From Ancylonema sp. (Eukaryota), in assembly GCA_050230475.1 (NCBI GenBank), contig JBFLGF010000037.1, positions 1-64,000 of the forward strand: a stretch of DNA of 64,000 bases. Direction: 5' to 3'. Of this stretch, positions 56,714 through 64,000 are shown one piece after another. Position numbers and translations under genes: made by a program. Under the pieces are notes generated by a model, which ran no database searches, was not told the DNA's origin, and saw only the letters and a program-made list of their open reading frames with translations. Within the stretch, counting starts at the first letter, position 1. Every line of letters begins with the position of its first letter.

Positions 56714-57292
56714 TATGAAGAAAGAACACAGAAGTCAGTCGCGCAATTGGGGACAACAACTCTTTTGTGTGACTTCCAAACATTTTCTCATGTCAAGTAG
56801 TCGCCCTTCGTGCTTATGTACTCGTGCTCTCAGTGCGTCAAGTAGTCGCCCTTACCACGAGTGTATCGAGTGAGCATATCCGTGGATATGTGCAGAACCT
56901 ATGAGCAATCTAAAGGTGGCAATTCAGTCTAGTGCCCATAACCGGAATGCGCCCTGAATGGACCAACGAGTTGACGAAGGCTCCTATTCAATATAAGGTC
57001 CCACATTAGCAGAGGCCCTTATATGTACATTTGTTGACTTCGTGTAAATCGTGATCCCAATCTAATATGATTGAGTCATTCAAATTACCCAGATGTACAA
57101 ATCTCAACCCCTTGCAAGAGCAAACATGTTTCCATAGATGCACCACCGCAAATTCCCTCATTGTCTTCATATCGTGTGCAGTACGAATGCTAAAGCTATG
57201 GAGAAGAAATGCTCCGACTTCCACTCCACACTCTCTCCGCCCGACGTGGCCATGTTGATGTGCCTCTCGGAACTCCCCAACCCTTCCATCCC

Positions 57293-60200
57293 TCACACGT
57301 GTCTCAATAGGAATGAGTATTCTGTGGCCACCGCGTCCAGGTGCTGATACCTCCCCCCCTCCCCAAAGTGCCCCGTGTCCATGCTGGTCGAAAGGAAGAG
57401 GGGCGCTTTGCCCCCAGGAAGGGATCGCAATTTGGCGGCGAATTTCGCAGCTTCCCAGTAGCCCACCCTGCGAACGCCCTCCATCTTCTATTAGTGTGCC
57501 CTTTTTCTTTCATACACTAAAACATGTGAAGAAGGCATGGAGTGGGGGGATGAGATGAGACTAGACTAGACTAGATTTGGTACCTCGAGTCCTGGAGGGA
57601 AGCGGTTAGAAGCATGGCGGGATACACTGCTGTCCCGTTCCCCCCTCCCAGGTTGTCGTAGGGCGAGTAGCCTCGGAGTCTGTGGAAGGCCGAGGGGTCC
57701 TCATCGGGATTGCCCCATTCGTCATACCTGATGTGAAACAAGGAACGGTCGGTCAAAGTCTACTTCGTCTATTCGGTCGGTCTTCAGTTGTTACTGACAA
57801 CTGATGTGACGACAGAGGGGTCATAGAGGCATCAAGTATCCGGGCCATCAGCCGTGATGATGGCGAATGTCGCATAGGATGGACCAGGAGCCCCAGTGAA
57901 AGGGATATAAGAAATAATAGTGTGCCCCTAGGAGCCACACCTCACCCCCACCCCAGCCCCAGCCGCAGCCCCTGCCCGTACTCGTGGGTGGTGAGCGGCA
58001 GGGACGCGTCCATCATGGTGTTGAAGATGTCTAAAAACGGCACCTGAAGAACGAGAGCTCGGAAGAGGTCTGGCCTCATGGTAGCCACCGCCCCAAACAG
58101 CAGCCCACCCGCACTCCCGCCTTTTCCAGCCAGGGTCCCCCCCCCCTCCCACCCCCCCCCCCGACACTCCTTCTTTTGAATCAGCGCCTCTGCGACGGCA
58201 ATGAGGTCGTGGAAGGAGTTGCTTTTTTGTTCCACCGCTCCACCCCTGTGCCACGCCTTCCCCAGCTCGCCCCCCCCCCTCACATGTGCGAATGCCAGAG
58301 TCCAACCGCGCTCCAGTAACGAGAGGCGGCTACTGGAAAAAGGGAGCGTAGAAATACGGTTAGGGGTTTGTGACATCTGTACCCACATTCCGAAATGCAT
58401 GTTCGGTTCGTGGGGGGCCTCACTGCACCACATGGGAAGGTAAAGGGAATTCCACAAGGATTCCTACTCGTCTTGTTCTTCTGGCCTTCCTATCCTCTGC
58501 CCCACTTCCCCCCCACCAACCCTTATCCTCCCTCACCAACAATGACCCCTCGACCGTTCTCCTTTTAACCCTGGAAGGGATGAGGGAGGATGGACAGTGG
58601 ACCCTGGGGGAACGTGGGAGGGAGGCGAAAACCGTTTCCCTACTGACTCACTCGTTTCCCTTGAAAGTAAAACTTGTAAGTTTGGTGAAACATCTTATTT
58701 TATTCTTATTTTATTTTTCTATTTCCTCCAATTTCTGTATTGATTCTAACGCTCTACTGTATCATGGTTTCTCCACTACGCAACGCCGCCGAATCACTCC
58801 ATGTTCGAATGAGCTACAAAAAGGAAAACTCGTAATCTCTTCATCCCCTCCCCGCCTTGCCCCTACATCCTCACCTGTCCCATTCCACCCCCAGACTCTG
58901 CCCATACGCTCCATACCCGTGCAGCCAAACCTTACCCGCCACCGCCCCCTTGGGGCGGAGGAGGGTGAAGGGAACTGACACGCCATCCCAAGAGAGCGCC
59001 TCATGCTCCTCCATCATGTAATGACCACTAAGGTCCATAAACGGATGATGATGATGCTGCTGCTGCTGCTGCTGCTGAGGGTTGGTCGATGATGTCATCA
59101 CCACTGGTTGCTGCTGAAGAAAAGTGAGGTCACCGCTTGCCAGGTGGCACTCGAACGTGGCTTCAGGGAGCTGCACGGCCACGAGGGGGTCAGAAACACC
59201 CCTAGAGCCTCTCCCCCCCCCCCCTGCCCTCCCCACGCCTCCCCCCCCCTTTCCCCCCCCCCCCCCCTGTGCTCACAATTCCGCTGGACACCCCCAACCA
59301 AATGGAGGGAGAGGAGAAATCCTGATTGGCTCCCGGAACAATCTCTCCCATTCGACCTCCCCCAATGTTTGGCGGCAGCTCCACCTCACGCAGCTGCTCT
59401 GGCAGCAGCGGCAAGGGGGTGGAGGGTGGAGGGATGGGGAGTATGGTGGCACGAGGTCGCCCCTTGTGCCTTTCGTATAGAACACAATGATTCGCAAACA
59501 TGTCAAGGTCGGTCACCACGGTGCCATTGCGGGGGGGGAGAAGTGCCTATAGGAAGAACAGAATACCAAGTACCAAACAAGAGCTTGGGTCAGACTCTTG
59601 GAAGCAAACTCACAACACAATTCGTTTTCTTCTTGTCACCGCTTCGTACTTTGGGGTGTTTTTTGTACGCGTGTTCACCATCCAATGCGACACAAAAACT
59701 GGGGCGGTTTTGAACCTGGTAGGACACGATCTCAAAAGATAAGGGGGGTGGTGATTCCTCGTACTTCCCAGTGGTCCCTCCCAGGGGTGTCCACATGTGT
59801 GCGGTACAAAGAGTACTCGCCCCCCTCCCCCACATTGCTCAGACAGAACAGGTATCCGTTATTGTGCTCCACAAAATACTCCACCCCCCCCCTACGCGCC
59901 TCCACACAGACAGGGGACGAAGTTGGATGCAAACCGTCTACAAGCCAAACCTAAACACAGGAGACAAGGAGGGGTCAGAGGCATCTGGCAAGGTGGGGGA
60001 GGTGGGGGTGGGGTGGGATGGGGTGGGGTAGGGTGGGGTGGGGTGGGGTGGGGTGGGGTGGGTACTTCGGATGATGTTTTTGTGTTGAGGTTGAGTGTGA
60101 TGTAGCGCCAGTCCTTGGTACGTGCCACGTCAGCAAAGCAGGAAGGGTTGTCGGTGGACAGCACCAGATGCTCTCCGTCTGCGTCCTTCCTCATGATCCT

Positions 60201-61414
60201 GAACCCAAACCCCTCTCTCCCACAACCGCTTCAGTAAGAGGATAGCAACCCCCCCCCACCCGCCCCCCACCCCCCCCCTCTCCCCGGTGTCGTGTACCGT
60301 TGGGGTCTTGCCTGTTGGGCCGCTGCTGCTCGTCTGCCAGCGTGTAGAAGAGTGTACTGCCGTCCCCTCCCCACTCCACACTAACAACGCCTTCTGTGGG
60401 GAAGTGGGGCAGGACACGGCCCCCCCTGCCCCCCCTCAGCTCCTTCACCACCAAACGGAACTGCTCCTCGCCGCTCGTGTCTAATGTGAAGGCCACTTTG
60501 GAGTGGTCGGGCGAGAGTTTGAGCATGGACACGTGGGCGTATCCGTGGCGGTGCGCCAACTCGTTCACGTCCACCAACACCTCCTCGGAATCATTCCGCC
60601 AGTGGGGCGCGGCTGGGCGGCGGCAGAAGAGCGGGTACTCCTGGCCGGGCGGAACACGGGCGTAATACAGCCTGGGGGCAGGAGAGAGGTACGGGTTGAG
60701 GGAAGGCGCATTGGAATCGCGAGCGGAGGGACGGGCGGGGGCGGGGGCGCGTACCATTTCCCCCATCTTTCGGAGGATGTGCGTTCGGTTGGCGCCATCC
60801 TTTTCGCCATCTCTCGGATCAACATCGCCTTCTGTTCCCCTCCCCTCCTCTCCAATACTTCTGCACAATACTCGTTCTCTGCCGTGAGGTAGGCCATGAC
60901 GGCGGGGTCGTCCGGATAACGGAGCCAGTGGAAAGGGTCGTTCCAAGATACTCCATGGGCAGAGCACCAGTGGGGGCGGGCGGGGGCGACGGGGGGAGTA
61001 GGGAGGTTGGCAGGGATGCTGCAGAGGTGGGCACGAAAGCGAGCGGCAGATGGCTGAAATGGGGAGGGCGACGCGGTTGGGGGAGACAAGAAGAGGGATT
61101 GGGGAGGGCATGTGGGAGCTGGCGTGACGAGCGTCTCGACGAGCCTAATTATTAAGACCCGGTTCCACCTGTGACAGGTCGCATTTACAGTAAAATGTGT
61201 GCTGGAATTATGTGGTATTCAAACACGATGGTAACACCTGGAAGGATGCCACTTTCCACAGCTGAGTGCGATGAGCGGGGCAGCAGCCCACGGAGCAGGA
61301 TGTTACTATTTCTAGAATGTATCAGGTGTGTGAGCTTACCGGTATTGAGTTCCGCGGTCGAAGTTTCTGTGCCAGGAACCTCCCAAACCTCCCAAACGAG
61401 AATTGGTGCCGCAT
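57293..61414 (-). CDS. Oligopeptidase B / protease II (peptidase S9A), probably organelle-targeted; ~11 exons
   Basis: HGVSWNDPFHWLR; LSPDHSKVAFTLDTSGEE; LHGYGAYG; LLERGWTLAFAHVRGGGELG; catalytic GGSAGG; YDEWGNP; YSPYDN; LQDSR; GHFGEGG. Candidate first exon MRHQFSFGRFGRFLAQKLRPRNSIP is Arg-rich and presequence-like. Confidence 0.92.
60001..60063. repeat. (GGGGT)n pentanucleotide repeat, intronic, G-quadruplex-forming potential
   Basis: Directly visible, ~12 units. Confidence 0.9.
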
Positions 61415-62703
61415 TGCCCCTTAGATCTTTACAAAGATCTTTACACGAGGACGCGATGGTAACCGAATCCAGAATTTCTAATACGGGATTTTGACATAAT
61501 GGAGAAGGAATCCACGCAATTCCGTGTGTCCATTCAGATATTCAAAATCCTCACTAGCTGATTGGAGCTCTTGCCACTGAAACAACTAGCCATTCCAGAT
61601 ACAGTTTGTGTGAATCCCCACTCCGCGGAACACTCTACTGAATTGCCTTCTGGATGCTGGAGGCAACACCCCCACAGGTGATTTGGAGGGAGAAGTGACT
61701 AAGTTGGTGGCGAGGATCATACTTGTACGGTATGCGCGAATAGCTGCTGTACGGAGTTGGTGTATGCTTACCTGTACGGACCTTCTGGACGGTACCGCAT
61801 CTCAGCCAATCATGCGGGCTGTTCGGCGTTCTCCGGCACATCCGCCGTGCTTCCGCTTGCGGGTCAGGTCCTGACCACTTATCACCGAAGACATCAGCAG
61901 CCACCTCCGTCAGATGCGGGTTCATCGCACTTCTGCAGCCGCTCGTAAGCAGAAGCTCGGTGAGGTTGCATGGAGGTAGAACACTAGGTTTAAACTGCCT
62001 GAGCACTCGGTGCTACCTTAAAAGATTTAACGCGCTTGACTTGAAGGTTTCTCGATTCGTCAGTCAGATAACTCAGGGTCGCACACTTCCTTGGGAAACT
62101 TCCGATTTTGGTTCATATCACTTTCGTCTATGACTGCAATATTTCTAAAGTTCCTACGTGTCTGAGGGGGGTCAGGGAGATAGAACCACAGCAACGGCGC
62201 ACTCCGTACATAACCTCGAATAAATAGCCCATCACCGTCATTCAAGCTCTAGTGATCTGTTTATGGAATCCGCAATCCCGCTCAGCGCTCAGATCGGCTG
62301 TCACGGGGGGTGGCGGGAGCTGTTGAGGAAGGGGCGATATGATACATTGACGGAATTCATAACTCCGTCCGAAATTCGAAGATTTGGATTTGGGGGTCGG
62401 CCGCAAGAGTGCAGGGGACTATCAGTCGGTATCGATCGATTCCACTTAGTCTGACAGGCTTCACAAGTGCTATATTCAAATGCAGGGCTCGTTTCTTCAC
62501 ACGTCTATTTGCACCAACCTGTACACTCCTAGACTTGACCAGAACCAACTGGATATGGGACGCCTAGTTCATTCTAGTTCAGGTGCAGTCTCTTGGAAGC
62601 CAGTCATGCCATCCTTTGATCGGTGCTTCCAGTGCAAATGAAGGGTGGAGAGGAACCCTCGATGTCTCTCTCAATCCCTCTTTCTTTCTCGATTTCTTTC
62701 CAG

Positions 62704-64000
62704 TATCAGCTTCTGCCACCTCCCCATTGGCACCTAGCCCTGCTCTCGGCGTTAGCCAAGAAACTTCGTCCCTTGCCATCCCACTGCTTTCTGCCCATGA
62801 GGTAAAGAAATCGCGAGGAGCGGCACAACTGCCATCAAATGACACCAGAGCCCCTCACTGTGCGCCAGCCGCCCCCCTTTGCGCCAGGTTCACACTGCCC
62901 TTCTGTCTCGCCCCCCCCACGCCCACACCTCGTCCTACGCGGCCTTCTATTCTTCCGTCATCGGGGGCATTACCCTGGACCCGGCGGGTATGGTTCTACC
63001 CATGGACGACCACATGGTGCACCGCGGCCACGGTGTGTTCGATACAGCGCTCATCTTCGACGGCTTCCTGTACGAGCTGGACGCACATCTGGACCGAATC
63101 CTGACCTCGGCTGCCAAAGCCAAGATTCCGCTGCCGGAGCCAAGGGAGAAGTTGAAGGACATCCTCCTGCAGTTGGCAGCTGGTAGGGGCGGATGGGCGG
63201 ATGGGCGGATGGGTGGATGGGGGGGTGGAGGCTGGTGCTGCTTGATTGGTCCTCACCGTTTGCGTTTGTGTTTTTTATTGTGTGGGTGGGTGGTCCAGCT
63301 GCCAACATCTCTCGGGGCAACCTGCGGTACTGGATCTCTGCTGGCACGGGGGGCTTCAGGTAGCTCTAAAACAATCTCACCACTTTTATACATATATGTG
63401 CCAGAACAACCTGGATACTGACTACTGTATTCTTCCATTGTGACTGGCTGTTAGCCACCAATCTTTTCAATCGTGTTCAATATCAACGTATTCTCATATT
63501 GTTCATGATCCGATTTTGTCTATTATTGATATAAGTTCTAGCCATTCATTCTGAATGCTCGTCCACTTCATGAACTTACTATTAGTATTGAGACTCCCCG
63601 AATGTAATATCTACTCAATATCGTATTACCATATTTGTACTTGGTATAACATTCGAAAAAGAGCATGAATCGGAAATAAGAAGATAGTAATACTAGTGTC
63701 GTTATTGTTTCATGTGTCCCACCTCAGTTTATCCCTAAAGGAATGCGAGCGCTCCCACTTCTACGCCATGGCCATCCACAACCCCTCCCTGGGCCTCCCC
63801 CCCCGCGGAGTGAAAGTGGTCACCTCCTCCATCCCCATCAAGCCCCCCCAGTTCGCTTCCATGAAGAGCGTCAACTACCTCCCCAACGCGATGGTGCAGT
63901 TGGAGGCAGAGCAGGCGGGGGCCGCGGCGGGAATATGGTTGGACCAGGAGGGGTTCGTGGGGGAGGGGCAGAGCATGAACTGTGCGGTAAGGCCACCTGC
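62704..64000 (+). CDS. ADCL: Class-IV PLP enzyme: plastid D-amino-acid transaminase / 4-amino-4-deoxychorismate lyase; 5' exon(s) uncertain (possibly from 62263), 3' end beyond the window
   Basis: IPLLSAHE|V; YAAFYSSVIGGITLDPAGMVLPMDDHMVHRGHGVFDTA; HLDRILTSA; LRYWISAG; GVKVVTSSIPIKPPQFASMKSVNYLPNA (PLP Lys); FVGEGQSMN. Confidence 0.92.

Overview
Eukaryotic nuclear DNA with many GT-AG introns. The gene set (TBL acetyltransferase, LDIP, plastid RH39, a thylakoid-lumen CAH3-like alpha-carbonic anhydrase) suggests a streptophyte green alga or early-diverging plant; this is inference. Ten spliced genes can be assembled: a BAT1-like amino-acid/GABA permease (+), DEAD-box helicase RH39 (-), SRP19 (-), an F-box/LRR-like gene with an in-frame TAA (+), a TBL/PC-esterase (-), an alpha-carbonic anhydrase (+), a ZCCHC8-like protein (-), an LDIP/promethin-like protein (+), oligopeptidase B (-) and a class-IV aminotransferase DAAT/ADCL (+, runs off the end). 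There is also one intronless orphan ORF of about 335 aa in a ~10 kb gene-poor tract. Intergenic and intronic DNA carries non-autonomous elements: hAT-type MITEs with perfect 8-bp TSDs, Tc1/mariner-type MITEs with TA TSDs, and an LTR-PPT-LTR mini-retroelement apparently nested in a TIR element. I see no CRISPR array, rRNA or tRNA and no clear novel multi-gene system. Exon coordinates were read by eye and are approximate.
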